A DNA stretch of 64,000 nt, taken from contig CM060732.1 in the NCBI GenBank assembly GCA_030704615.1, positions 67,642,001 to 67,706,000 on the forward strand, in the 5' to 3' direction. The notes under the pieces are model-generated. The model saw nothing but the letters and a program-made list of their open reading frames with translations. It searched no databases and had not been told where the DNA came from. A program made the position numbers and the translations under genes. This DNA comes from Takakia lepidozioides. Taxonomy: Eukaryota; Plantae; Bryophyta. This document shows, one piece after another, positions 23,680 through 37,059 of this stretch (its first letter is position 1; every line of letters begins with the position of its first letter).

Positions 23680-24340
23680 TTCAAGCTAAACTGATGTAAA
23701 AAAATTAGATCCCAAAAGCTATTTCATCCCCCTTTGTTTTGTTTTGGTAGCGTGAGCTTGCAGCTTCACATTTTGGCCTCTTATTTCTTGTCAATTCTAT
23801 CAATGCAAGTGTGTGATGGAAGGGGTGGGGTCAGATTTTGGGATCGAACTTATTGACATCAATTTGGCTTACAATGAAACTTGAAAACAGAATTAGATAA
23901 TCAAGCTATATTTCCAAAGACATATCATACACAATCAGCAGTAGAGTAGCCAAAAAATAAAGGGCAAGAATGTAAGACAAGCTCCAATTGGCATAAACAA
24001 ACAAAATAAAGTGGTAAGGTCAGATGTTGGGATCTAACTTTCTGACATCAACTTGATTTACAATGAAACTTAAAACAATTCAGACAACCAAGTTATCTTT
24101 TCAGAGACACAGAGTCACACACTTCCATAGAGTTGACAATAAACAAGAGAGCAAAATGTCAAGCAAACTCAAACTGTCATAAAGTTTAAACAAATGAAAA
24201 AGATGAGGTCAAATTTTGGGATCTAACTTTTTGACATCAATTTAGCTTGAAGTGAAACTTGACAACAGAATTAGACAACCAAGTTACCTTTCCAAAGACA
24301 CATCACACACTTACATTGATAGAGTTATCAAGAAACAAGT
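23680..24340. repeat. ~190-bp degenerate repeat: three direct copies plus one inverted partial copy
   Basis: TCAGATTTTGGGATCxAACTT..TGACATCAA..ACAATGAAACTT at ~23830, ~24020 and ~24210; inverted version at ~23680-23720. Confidence 0.7.
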
Positions 24341-25607
24341 AAACCGTAGTTTTCCCACTATGCAGCACCCCTACCATCATGCAGTCAGGATTCTTGCATT
24401 TTTCTATCAGTCGTCGTTCTATTTGAAACAAGTAAGGAGTGTGCTCGTCTTCTGTCAATGGCTCCCAAGTTCCCTCCAGAATGGGTTTGAGGGTTGCACA
24501 GATGTCAATCTGAGCTATCAAACGACGATATTCATTGGTTTCCAAACATCTTCCTGCACCTCGTGACGCCAATCGTGCATCACCCATAGATGAGTTACCT
24601 CGATAGAAAAACCATTTGAAACATATTTCCTGCCAACAGTCTGACTAAGTATTCAATCTTCACATTTTTCACCTCTTCACCCGATCTAGCCCAACCACAA
24701 CATGGTAGTCAAGTGTTTCAAATGTTGCCACTCCAGGGACTTGGTGATTACCTCATCTTTCAATTCAACGTTGTAAGGCATCTGTACCTTCACTTGCATC
24801 CTTGAGAATCTCCGCCATTGTTCTCCCGAAAACTTTCTCCAATAAAGTTCCATACGTATCTTTCCCCCATTTGTTGTCATCATCATCCGCGCCCTGCAAG
24901 TCATCAATCGCTCGGGCAAACTCTAATAGAGTCGGCCTCCGGAGTTAGGCTCCCTTCGCTGCTAGCTACGATTGATACCACAATCGGATGGATCTGCCGC
25001 AACTGACCTAGTAGGCAACGGCTGTGCCTCATAGAATTGATGTCCGAGGCATACAGAGCCAGCGGGGAATTGCTAAACCGTGAGCAAAATCTGTGAGCAG
25101 AATTCTGCTCACGCTTCTGCATATGCTCACCTATAACCGCGGACACCTATTCGGCCTAGAGGATCTATTATTGCGGGTTGTGTCCAGTATAACATGCATA
25201 CCAATTCATCGTTATGGATGAATGATGGATGAAAGATGGATGAATGGGCGATGAATGTATGCTCGACGAATGGCACATGGATGAATGTAGTTTGTGGATG
25301 AATGCAAAATTAAGATGCATTTTTGAGTAGTGGTTGCTAAATCCCCCTAGCTCTAGAGTGAACCTCTGCCCACTGCTGAGGGTTGTGATTGTCCTTTCAC
25401 CAGATATCATAAGTCGAGATAGATGCTGACACATAATTGCAAAGAAGGTGGAGAGGCCATTTGGTGCTTTAAACTAAATAGCAAACAGCAGATTCATTCC
25501 GACGAAGAATATCCTCTGCTTCTGGAGTCGGAGTCCAAAACGAAGGCAGAACTGTCTATGAAGACACTAGCCCTGCTTTGCACAAAACCCTCTCTGTCGT
25601 AAAGCAC

Positions 25608-25930
25608 AGGAGGGGGAGAAGAGAGGAGACTAAATTCGAAAGCTGCAACCTCCGCATAACATGACAATTTAAAATCTGCTCTTGGATTTGGGAAAAATTG
25701 CGGGTTGACAAAGAAAGGGAGAGACCGTGGCGACCTAGGACTCCTGCGCACACACACACAAACAATGTAAGGGAGGGGGAGAAGAGAGGAGACTAAATTC
25801 GGAAGCTGCAGCCTCTGCATAACATGGCAATTTAAAATCTGCTCTTGGATTTGGGAAAAATTGCAGGTTGGCAAAGAAAGGGAGAAACCGTGGCGACCTA
25901 GGACTCCTGCTACACACACAAACAATGTAA
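25608..25930. repeat. ~160-bp tandem duplication
   Basis: GGGGGAGAAGAGAGGAGACTAAATTCG...GGCGACCTAGGACTCCTGC...ACAATGTAA occurs twice in succession. Confidence 0.85.
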
Positions 25931-26129
25931 GTCCACACACATTATGTTGGCCCAAACTTGTGCAAGAAAAATGGAAATAGAAGGATGCGCCGTCGTGTCA
26001 GTGAAGTGTCACAACAGAACTAGCACTTACTCACATGAGAAATCGGAATCGACATCCAGAGCATCAGGCTCTTACAGATCCTGCTCCACAACAATGTTCT
26101 CAGTCTGGGTCGAATGCGATGACCCCCAA

Positions 26130-27030
26130 GACAGAGGTGCGATGACTTGAGAGTAGAGCTGCTCGTCCCCCTCCATCCCAAAGAAATGCCTTCTTGCATA
26201 CTTGCATGCATGGAACGAAGCCCCTGCAACAATGCAAATGGATCTATGAAACAAAGTCAGAAGTTCAAACAGAAGGCAAAGAAGTGCACCCAAGAAATAG
26301 AAACTGATTGGGCACCAACTTGTACCCATGGACAGGTCCACCACTTTCCCACCATGCTAGCTGCATGTCTCAATCAAAGTTTGCATGAAAGCGGGCGACT
26401 CTCCCGAGCACCTCTCCATGGAATGCCACTAGTTTTTTTCAATGTCTGCGACGAGTCCACATAGTTGTGGATAACATCGGATTCCACTAGATTGCACTCT
26501 GGGTCTATGAGAAGTCCCCCTTCCCAAACGTCAAAATGGCCAACATGAGCAGGAGTGGTGTCAGGCCGAATTCGAGCAAGACAAATGGCCTTGAACACAT
26601 GGGTCTGCACCAACACCAAGGGTATTCTGTTAGAAATGTTGTGAAGGGAAATTCTACGAAATAATAACACACAACAAAGCCCCAGAGAGTAGGTCCTTCT
26701 GCCCGGGAAACTCCGCATTAGATAGAGGGGTGTTGACACAGGTCCAAATTTTGCGGATTTTGAACCCCGAGGACTTCATGTAGCTGTGAAGCATCCGACA
26801 GGATGTCGTGTCCTCACCCTGGAAAATCAAAAGTGAGCCCGCATCAAACAGGAACTTGTTGCTGAAAGTGAATGCCCACTGCCAGTAAAGAGAATATGAG
26901 CATTCCAGGTTAGAGTTACATCTGTGGGAATGATATCAGGCATAGGAAGCCCATCTGGGATATCAAGGATGACAAGATCAGTCGCGTAGGGCTGCTGCAC
27001 TCCATTCACCCATCATGGCGTCCTGGTCAC
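26130..27030 (-). pseudogene. Beta-class N6-adenine/N4-cytosine DNA methyltransferase domain (3' exons of the interrupted ParB-like gene)
   Basis: Manual translation across frameshifts: TDLVILDIPDG (motif IV position); FSNKFLFDAGSLLIF; GFKIRKIW; PWRGARE.SPAFMQTLIETCS*HGGKVVDLSMGT | intron | GASFHACKYARRHFFGMEGDEQLY (cf. VLDPFxGSGTT..A...GR.FIGIE.D). Confidence 0.7.
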
Positions 27031-27111
27031 CTGAAATGAGGACAGGCAAACGAATGAGATTGACAAATTGCTGTCGAGACACCCGAACCAGTGATCCGTA
27101 GTACCTCCCAT

Positions 27112-28362
27112 ATTAAGATGTCGTTGACGACACCTTAATGTACCACCTACGCACACCCAATAATGCAACAAAAATGATTAGAGTATGATAGATGCGGTGG
27201 GCTCACCAGGGTGAGGAAAGAGCATAGATGGTCCCATGTAGGTGACTTGACCTCCACGAAAGTGGACTTTCTTGACTCCATCATACGGAGGAAGCTCACG
27301 TTGGCCGTTTTACGCTGGAAGTGCGGGCCCACCACCCTGGACACATGCAGCCGGGCTTCGTAAGGACATTTCTTTGCTCTATGTGTACTGCGCTGATCTA
27401 CCGCGGTGGATGTGTGGGTGACCTGTGTGTGCTGTGTCTAGGCAGGTTGCACAATCAAATCAACAGAACCCCCAGCTGACCCAACAGTCTCAGCAGGGTC
27501 TGCCACTGCAGCCCCAGCAGCCGCACCAGCCGCAGAAGCCTCCCCAGTCTGTTTCCCCTTCTTTTTCTTCTTGCCGTCAGCAGGGTGGCCGGTTTTGCAG
27601 GCTCTTTCTTATTCAGCAACGCCAAGGCTCTTTGCTGCAACTCCTCATCTGTCCCGGGGGCCAGTGAATCTGCATTCTCATTCTGATTCCTCAAGAGATT
27701 CTCCTCCCAGGGAGTCGAAGCTCTCGGGCAGTCCACATACCACCCACAGTCATGGTAATGTGCCCGACCCCGGTCCTTCACAATGCCAGTAGTGTACATT
27801 GTGGTTTCATCGTTTGGGTTCGCCCATCCACGAATGAAGTCTGGATCCTCACTGAGTGTCTTCTCCGGAATAAGAACGAAGCGAAAGTACCTGCAGACAA
27901 GAAGACCATCCCACTTAGAGAATTTCCTTGAACGCAATAGAAATGGTCATTGAACTGCTATAAATGGTTGCATTTCACTCTCAGGATTAAGGTGTCGTCA
28001 ACGACATCTTAATCCAGGCACTAAGAGACATGACTCCACAATTGATGTTGGCAACTTATTAAAAAAAAAAAAACCATGGAAGATCCCTCTCCATGGCAAA
28101 CTGATCCCAAGACGGCATGGATTTAAGGTATCGTCAACGACACCTTAATTCCATCTCTGAAATAGCAATCAAACAAGAGAAGGGCACAACATAGAACAGC
28201 ACAAGACTGCATTGTAATTGAAAGTAGGGACAGAGGTGCAGAGATTGACGCCACCTTAAATCAAACCCCCTTATAGGATGGAAGTCCCATAAGGTCCATT
28301 GTCAGCAGGATCTAGGCCTACCAATAATGCGTACATTAAGGTGTCATTGACGACACCTTAAT
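27112..28362. repeat. Dispersed 28-bp palindromes ATTAAGGTGTCGTCAACGACACCTTAAT in putative introns
   Basis: Copies at 27112-27139, 27986-28013, 28122-28149 and 28335-28362; partial copy at ~28245-28260. Confidence 0.85.
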
Positions 28363-28832
28363 CCCCCCCCTACAAAAAAGGAATTAAGTCAGTGCACACA
28401 CCTGTACAATAGACGGTTCATTGCCTCCTCGCCGTTGTACTGATGATCGAAATCTTTAGATCGAAGAATGCCTCCCTCTTTTTCGAACTCCCTGTTCCAG
28501 AGCTCCCTTCTCCATTTACGGATGTAGGACTCAAACTTGATGTTGGGAGCTGTCATGGTGATCTTGTAGTCTAGTAGTGACTTCTCTAATGTTTCAATGG
28601 CCCGCTTCTCCAGCTGCAAAAACAACGACCATATTTGCAGGGGTTCAGTAGAAAAAAAAATGAAGTCATTCCAAACAATGTGGAACGTTGGGAAATTCTT
28701 ACCTGGCTCCAGAAGGTGGTTTCGTGCAACCATGTCTCGAATGTGCGGTCGCTCACAGGTGTCACCACTCCAGTCTCAGGGTCCTTATGTGGTTTTGGGA
28801 AATTGTTTGTGTCCCGGATGATTGGATCCGAG
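27230..28832 (-). pseudogene. Middle exons of the interrupted ParB-like/MTase gene
   Basis: Reading frame DPIIRDTNNFPKPHKDPETG... starts exactly at the insertion site and continues EIWNS from 43161. Further exon-like ORFs at 28389-28733 and 27455-27890. Confidence 0.6.
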
Positions 28833-29149
28833 TGTCAAGTTATTTTACCACTAGTGTGAAACTAGCTAGGAAATAGCTAGCTTTTACATATTGACATTTG
28901 GGATTGGCCCAAGTGTCAATCCAGGGGTCAAGGCAGATTTAGGCCCTGGAGTGGTTATCTTCACGGCAAGCGCGGAAGGCTCATCTTTCTCGAGTTGAGC
29001 CTCACCGCGCCTAGCTATGGCGCCGTAGTGTGGATTCCCCATGGCGTGGGGTGCACTTGGCTTGACTTGTATTTGAGTGATGAGGTTATATATGCATGAG
29101 TTTATGCTTCAGATTTGTGAGCTCGTGCTTGTATTCTTCTTCTTTATCA
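28833..29149 (+). repeat. Terminal repeat A1
   Basis: Near-identical to 42667-42981; TG...TATCA. Confidence 0.95.
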
Positions 29150-29165
29150 CTCGAGAAAGATGAGC
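29150..29165 (+). promoter_or_regulatory. Putative self-priming PBS CTCGAGAAAGATGAGC
   Basis: Exact 16-nt reverse complement of 28979-28994 within A1; directly abuts the repeat end. Confidence 0.8.
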
Positions 29166-30669
29166 TCGTATCTGTGAGTGCCAGATACGAGTTAGTTGTA
29201 GCACTTGTGGTTTTTGCTTGAGAATGAGAGAAACCAAGTTGTTATGCAAGGAGCACCGTGGAGCTCTTGGTTGTTAGAAGCGAGGCGATGTGGGTTACGA
29301 GGTGGTAGACCTTGGCATTCGATCTTCAGCTTCAGAGATGAAAGCACCATGCTGCAGGTAATTCCAGAGCACCTTGATGGTTTCAGATTGTGTACATGCA
29401 TGAGCAAGCACGATTGGGAAGAGGACCAGTCAAGAGCAGGTTTGTGGCAAAGCTGAGAACTGGACTTGGGAATGCGAGCTTTCATTGTGTGAAGGATTGC
29501 AAGACCAAGCGAAAGGGCTGATTTGGCTTGGGGCAAATCAGTGCACTTTGTGGAGTATGGTGAGATTGGGTTTCAATCTCGAGCTTCAGCATTGAGAGGG
29601 CTCTTGTCATGGCAAGAGCAGGGCTGGAACAGGAGCTAAGAGGTGCGGCAAGGCCATGGAATGTGCACCTAGGGTTTCAGAGCTTGGAAGAAGAGCTCTT
29701 GCACCACAAGAGAAGTGTCTTGTGGCTGGAAATGTAAGCCTTAGGGTTTCAGGAGCTTGGCAAAGGCTGTGGAGTGCTTAGTCTTGTCTTAGAGAGCATC
29801 AAGGAGCCAAGGAGCCAAGATAGGGGGCTGATATCTCTTGTGTGAAGAGGTTGCATGTGTGGAGCATGTATTCAGCTCATTGAAGCTTCCATCTTCAAGC
29901 TTGGAGGGCAAGCAAGGAAGAGGGAAGGGCTGACTTCCCTTATGTGAGGGCAATGCATGTGTGGAGCATGCTATCAGCCTGGTGAAGGCTTGCACTTTCA
30001 GGTGTGGGAGTGCAAGAAAGGAAGGAAGGGGCTGGTTTCCCTGTAGGGCATGTGGAGCATGCTTTCAGCCTGCTGAAGCTTGTATTTTCAGGTTTGTGGG
30101 TGCAAGAAATGAAGCAAAGGAGCTGATTCTTATGGTGAGAGTGGGGCATGTGTGGAGCATGCCTTCAGCCCATTGAGGCTCTTGTTTTCAAGCTTTAGAG
30201 AGCTAGAACGGAAGGTCTAGGGCTGGTTTCCACTTGGAGTGAAAGAAAAGCACTTGTAGGGCCTATGTGAGTTGGGGTTTCAACTTCAAGCTTGAAGGGA
30301 GCGCAACTCTTGAAGCAGCAGGTGTAGGGGGGCTGGAATAGGCTCTAAGACAGATGCTATGGCCAAGGAGAGTGCTTGAATGAGTGCTCACAAGGGGCTG
30401 GGAACCAGCAGGGCTTGGTTGTTTGCCATTGAGTTTAGTGGCGTGTTTGGGAGGCTAAGTGAGAAAGAAGGCTTGGTTTGTGGCAACCACCTCATGGCTT
30501 AGGGCTACTATGGTGGTGTGTGGGAGCCGAAAGAGCAAGAATACCTTGCTGATTTCCTCACAGCCGCCATAGCTCGGTGGAAAGAAGCCTAGAGTCCAAG
30601 AGACACAAACCCTAGCTTGGCGTGGCTAAACCCCTTGGAGAAATGGCTAAACTGCCAGAGCGGCCATGG

Positions 30670-31440
30670 ATGGGGCTGTGTGAGGGGCTGTGTTGCCTGA
30701 GGCCTGTGGGGTGAGGGCTGTGAATGTGTGCCCTTTGGGGCTGTGAGGGGCTGTGAAGGGGGGGCTGTGTGTGAGGGGCTGTGGGCTGTGCCGTGGCCTT
30801 TGGGGCTGTGAGGGGCTGTGACAGGCTGTGCCCAGTGGCCTGTGGGGGCTGTGACACCTGTGACTGTGATGTGTGGGGGGCTGTGACGGGCTGTGAAAGG
30901 CTGTGTGTGACAGGCTGTGCCTGGCCTGTGGGGCTGTGACGGCTGTTGTGACAGGCTGTGCCTGGCCTGTGGGCTGTGACGGGCTGTGAGGGGCTGTGAC
31001 AGGCCGTGCCTGAGGCCTTTGGGGCTGTGACGGGCTGTGAGGGGCTGTGATGTGAGGCCTTTGGGGCTGTGAGGGGCTGTGAGGGGCTGTGTCAGGCCGT
31101 GCCTGGCCTGTGGGGCTGTGATGGGCTGCTGTGACAGGCTGTGCCCAGTGGCCTGTGCTGTGATGTTGTGACAGGCTGTGCTGGCCTGTGAAGGGGCTGT
31201 GACAGGCTGACTGTGAGGGGCTGTGATGAACCAAGGCCTTTGGGGCTGTGAAGGGCCAAGGGCTGTTGTTGACTGTGACTGTTGTGAGACGGGCTGTGTG
31301 ACAAGGCCTCTGTGACAGGCTGTGTTGTGAAAATGTTCTGTGACAGGCTGTGTGGCCTGTGGGACTGTGACGGCTGTGAGCTGTGTGGGCCTGTGCTGGT
31401 CTGTGGTGGCCCGTGTTGACCTGTGGACGGCCTGTGCTGA
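30670..31440. repeat. Low-complexity GGCTGTG(A) minisatellite in the element leader
   Basis: Dozens of GGGGCTGTGA/GGCCTGTG units. Confidence 0.9.
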
Positions 31441-32193
31441 CTCGTGGAGGCACTGGTGGACTGCCTAAGGACTGGCATGTGGTCTGGAAGGCCGAATTTT
31501 GAAGCTCGTGGAGGGCGGTTTGAGGAGTATCTTCATGATATTCCCATGGTCATGCAAGTGAGGGAAGAGAGGAGAGGAAGAGTGTTGGGATGAGGGCATG
31601 CTGGGGTTAGGCATTGCTTTAGCTTCTCTTCCTCGTAGTTTCCACCCTCTCATTAGGCCAAGACCTTTCCGTAGGTGGAGGCAAGAGTCAGTCCGGGTTT
31701 GGGCTGGGGTGTCCTTGCAGGAGCAACACCGTGGAGTTGTTTTTGGTGTGGGGGAGTTGTCGTTCTGATTTCTTGTGTTTGGATCCCCTCCATACCTGCA
31801 TGCTTGACTGTGCGCCCATGCTAGTTTTGTGGGCGCTTGTTTTTATAGGTGATTGGTCCGGATTTGATCACCGGCCAGTCCTAGAGCATGCTGTCGATGG
31901 TGAGGCTGGGGTGATGACCAGCCAGACCATCATTGTTTCTCCTGTGGTGAGGTTGGAGGTGATGACCAGCCAACCATAGGAGTGCTTGCGGTGGATGCAG
32001 GTAGGTGTAGGCTATGTTAGGAACTTAGTATTCCAAACCATAAGCCGCAACAGGTTCTCTACCCGGTTACCTTGTGGAGAGGGGGTTAGGGACATGTTCA
32101 TGACCGGTTGAGTGTCAACACGGAGGTGCCACTAGTTGCTGGGACAGTGCCGGTTCGAGCACTAGCGATACTAGTGGGTACACGAGACGAGGT

Positions 32194-35100
32194 GTGCGGT
32201 TTAGGCCACCTTCACCTCCTGTGTCTTCTACGGAAGGTTCTGATTCGGATTGTGAATCAGGAGGACTCATACCGGCGGTGCAAGTTGTTTCTTTGCCATT
32301 GTTGTGGGACACAATGGAGGAGATGTATGGAGCTACCAAGGGCCACGAAGGTACTCTGGGGCGGTGGGCACCATCGAGTTGGATGATTTTATCCAAGAGT
32401 TTGATAGTTGGTGTGATTTGCAGCAAATGCGCAATCCACAACTATTTACGCCTTCATGGCATGGAAGGGCTGTTTCAGCACCTTGAGGGGCCGCCTATGG
32501 ATGATTACCATGAGTTCAGGCGGGGGCATGAGGTTGAGATCGAGGAGTGGAGGATGTACTGGTCACCCGACTATGTCTCCATCACTAGGGGCACTAGAGC
32601 CACGAGGGCAGTGGCTACACCTGCCGCTGCACCGGCAGCTTCAGCAAGTAGCAGTGGGACTAGTGGGACTGGTGGTACAGTAGCTACGACGTCCACCCAA
32701 GCCACTACCGCACCAGCACTAGCACCCGTGCCTGCCTTCAACCCTGTTGTGGAGTTCTTCGAAGAGTTGAGAGGGAACTACCAAGGGGTGAGGACAGAGA
32801 AGTTGCGGAGCTTGCAAGAGTTCCAACGGAAGCCGACCGAGAGCTTGAGGGAGGCTTTCACTCGCATGAGGCGCTTGATAAATGTAACCCAAGGGGTTAC
32901 GGAAGCTCAGGCAGTCCAATTCTGGTATGGGATATTGGACAAGGAGCTGAGGAGAAGGGTGCGGGATGCAACTCTCCTACAAGCGGCCCAACCCACCTTA
33001 GCAAATGTGTTTTTGCTGGCAGAGCGGATAGAGCTCAACATGGTGGAGGAACGAGTGGTCATGGTGGGATTTGCTAAGGAGACACCACGGGGTAGTGGTG
33101 CTCCTAGCCAACCACTACCTCAACGTGCTCAAGGCAACAAGGGGGCTCAGGTGAAGCTCAGGGAAGGGCAGAGAGGACCTCAGATGCAGGGGTCTCTCCC
33201 TTCATTTGCTGGCCAACAACGGGCGATGTGGTGTGCTGGACATGTGGAGGACCCCATGTCAAGAAGGATTGCCCAGAGGGAGGCAAAGGGCCGGCACATG
33301 CACAGCCTGCACAGTTGCAGTGTGGGCATTGTGGCAAGCACGGGCATGGAGAGGCCCAGTGTTATGGTTTGCATCCTGAGTTGCGCCCAGGCCAGTTCCA
33401 AGGGAACAATGGTGGCCGGGGGCGAGGTGGAGCAGCCCAGAGAGGACGAGGTGGCCAGCCACGAGGCCAAGGGCAAGCTCAACATGGCCAAGGACGCGGA
33501 GGTCAGGGTGTTGACCAAGGCATGGCCAACCGGCTTCAGCAGCTAGAGCAGAGGCTCGCTGCCATGGCTACAGCTCAGGTGGTACCGGCTCTAAGGCCGG
33601 ATGGTCCACCTCCTGCTCCTGAGGGAGGAGATATGGGAGGCATGGGATTCATGTGTGGAGCAGCACTACCACTAGTGCAGGTGGAGTCTGCTGCAGCCGT
33701 GACTCGAGGAGCAGCACGAGTTCCTGAGCCACGAGGTGCAGAGGTGGAGTTGGATCCACAGCGTGGGGAGGCAAGCCGTCAGGCTAGGCTTCCTCAGTCA
33801 TTCACATTGGCGGAGACAGTGTCGACGCCATCCATGGCACCTAGTTCTCGCCCGACTGTTACCGAGGCGGAGGTTACTGCCATTGGGGAGAGCTACACGG
33901 GTAGCACCACTACCTAGTGTTGCCAAGGCTACGGCAGCTAGTGTGCTGCTAGGAGCGGCCACATCTGTGTGCCAGGCTCCATTGTTCTCGGCTACCATGA
34001 TTGCGACGCCGGGGGTAAGACCAGCTGAGGTGTTCAGGCTGGCAGCTACACTCTGTGAGAGTGGGAGGTTACTTCATCTTCTGCGGAGATAGTGGGAGGT
34101 GTAGTGCCGGAGGGATCCTCGGATTTGAGGGTCAAGACTGCCACGGCGGCGCCATGGCAAGCTGCAGCTGCCAGGTTGATGGAGCTGCCAGCTAGGCCAG
34201 CCATTGAGCGCGCCATGGTGACACCTGGAGTTGTCATGTTAGACAACCAGGATGACATTTTCTGTTTGAGTGGACCGCAGGCAAGAGGTACCCGGCCACT
34301 GCGGGTCTTGTTGGACTCGGAGCTCAGCCATTGATGCTGGGCAGAGCTGCTATTGCAGGCTTGGGCCTCACGGAGGCGGATATGGAGCCTTGTCCTTTCC
34401 AGATACAGACGTCTCTGGAGGATCGGAGCAGGCTCGGGGCATGACACGGCGTGAGTTGGCTATCAGACTACGGCCGGATCACCCTACAGATGGCTCAGTG
34501 ATGCGAGCCAAGGCCATTGTGACAGACGCGTCTCATACGATGTCCTGGTTGGTGGGGCAGTGTTGTACCCCATGGGCTTCACCCTGGATTTTTGGGAGGA
34601 GTCAGCTTCCTATAGGCCTGCATGGCAGTCAGGGGGAGGGCCGGCGTGTGCAGCTCCCTGTGACGTTCATAGGAGGAGTTGCGGTTTTTGCCCAGCGAGG
34701 CAAGATGCCGACACTAGCAGCATTCACAGCTGCAGTGAGTTGGCCTAGAGAGTTGCTTGAGGGCAATGCTCATTCAGAGGATGTACACCTCCGGGAGAGC
34801 AGGATGACATGTATGGTATGGCGGAGTTGCCTACCATGGTTGCTCAGACTCCATTGTGGGCACGAGCAAGGATTTGCAGCGGGATGCTGATCGACGGGTG
34901 CAACAAGCCTAGAGGCTTTTGTACCGTCAGGAGAGGAGGAGAGTGGGGATTGCACCAGGACCACCTCATTGTCTCCATTGGACACCACATGGTAGTATCC
35001 GGATGAAGGCATTTGTCTTCTGGACTTGTTTGGCGGGATCAGCACCGGATTGGCTGCTGTGTTACAGGTAGGTGTACGAGTTACCTGTATGTGGAGAGGG

Positions 35101-35330
35101 ATGAGACTGCACGACGCGCGGTTGCTCAGTTGGTGCAGCGGTACCCTGAGTTGTTGTCGGTGTCTGCGTGGATATCAGCAGGCCTTGCCAGCAGACATTT
35201 CGTTGCTGGGGGCGCAGGATTTGGAGCGGGTTGGGATCTGGTAGTGGCAGTTGGCCCTGCCAAGGGCATTCATCAGCCGGGCATGGCAATGGATTGCGAG
35301 ACTCGAGGTTGGGTCTGTTTTGGGAGATTG
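32194..35330 (+). pseudogene. gag - zinc knuckles - protease - DNMT N-terminal half (frameshifted, truncated)
   Basis: CWTCGGPHVKKDC; CGHCGKHGHGEAQC; VLLDS; LLDLFGGISTGLAAVLQ; WPCQGHSSAGHGNGLRDSRLGLFWE. Similarity to copy 1 stops at ~35330. Confidence 0.88.
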
Positions 35331-35492
35331 GAGCTGTATCTCCAGAGAAACTTGTTGGACAAGGGCCTCACCTCAAGATCCCATGACTTTGCCGGTGTGT
35401 TGTGGCAGTGGGCACAATCAATCGATGCTCTGGCGGATGCTTGTGGACGGCCACATGACCAGGTTCGGAGATGGGGTCTTCTCTTGCAGCTG

Positions 35493-36214
35493 TGTCGCGC
35501 ACCTCACTTCGGTAAGCTCCCCTTCAAGTCATAGTTACTCGCTTTGATGCGCGCGCCTGACTCCCAACCTGGCCGCCCGGGCCAACTTGGAGCTTCGGCT
35601 GCTCACCGGGACATAACGGTCCCCCTTTGCTTCCCACTAAACCCTCCACCTATTTGGGACTAGGGAATTCCCTTTGGTAGATGGCAGTCCGGAACAGCTC
35701 CCCACTCTTTGGTCGCTTTCCGGCTCGCTCGCTTACTCACTAGTTTTTGGTCACCAACGGGCTTGCACCGTTCTCGGGGTTACTACTCCCTATATATACT
35801 TCTGTAGCTGTCCGCGGGGGTTTCACAACCAGCCATGCCATTTTATGGCGAACCACCACGAAAACCCTCGACTCCCGGTGATGAGTCGCGGTGAGTCTTG
35901 GCCCACTCCCACGGCCCCTATGGACCGTGATGAGTCCCAAGACTCCCCACGACTCCCACCACGAGGTCTCCGCCCCCATGGTGAGTCCTATGCCACCCCC
36001 ACTAAGTCCCGCTAAGCTACCACCACCCCTTGTGGAGCCACCCCCACGCAACCCGGTGTGCGGGGCTCCACCTAGTGAGCGCCTCCGCCTCCTTGAGTGC
36101 CTTGGGCACTCAAGGGTGCTTCAGCCCCCCATACCTATCGCTGCCGCTGCCCCCACCACAGGGGCAGCCCCTCATGTGTCCCGACCCCCTGCCCTCAAGG
36201 CAAGGGCCGCGACA
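35493..36214 (-). repeat. 3' LTR of the nested chromovirus
   Basis: TGTCGCG...CGCGACA; matches 41705-42421. Confidence 0.93.
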
Positions 36215-37059
36215 CACACCCCTACCAACAGGGAGTCGATGTCCTCATCGACTTGTCCATTTTGTAGAAACGAACATCCAAGTTGTGGCGTCCCACATCA
36301 AGGAGTTTGTTTCCGTACCATGGCGTCCCATGGCAAAGAACCAAACCCCACACTTGACTCTACTCTCCACTAGCTAGTTCGGCCGACTTCCTCCAAGTCC
36401 CGGCCAAGGGTGGAGCCTCTCCAGCTCCTCCCAGTGCACTCTTCTTGGCCTACTTCAAGGCCAAGGAACGATCCTCCCCGAGGATCGAATCGCCTTACTG
36501 CAACAACATTGCTTGCGATCGCTCATGATGCCGCTTTTGGCATCACCTTGAGCAAGGGTTCACCTGGAACCCTCTTTGACTAGGAAGATAACCTTGAACC
36601 AACCGTGCGCCCCAATCACTACAATTGGGTCCGCCTTGGAATGCTGGCCTGAGGTACGGGAACACGCCGAAGCCGCACTACGACTTCGTCCCGAGGCTAC
36701 ACGATTATAGTACGTGAACGGAAGCACGTAGCTTCCGCGTTAGCCCGCACTACAAGGCAACCCCCTCGGTAGCGCAGTTATAGTACGCGCACGCGCCAGG
36801 TGCGCACTAGCACGTGAACTCCCAAAGAAGGCGCAAGTTTCCTTGCCCCTTGGATGGGGTCACCCGATTTCGGCACTACGCAAACACACGATTAACCCAA
36901 TTTACCTCTCCCACTTTTATAAGCTAGCATGCATTCTACACACTAGCCAACCATACCATGCATCACCATTCCAAACAAATAGGACGCACAACATTTGGAA
37001 CCATTTCATTTATACACTTTTGTACAATACAAGTTTTTGCAATCGGATTCCTAAGCTAG

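Noticed and set aside
24300-25150. Coding-like minus-strand remnant
   Set aside because: Multiple stops and no recognisable domain.
30612-31478. Long ORFs 30647-31453 and 31092-31478
   Set aside because: Artefacts of the GGCTGTG minisatellite.
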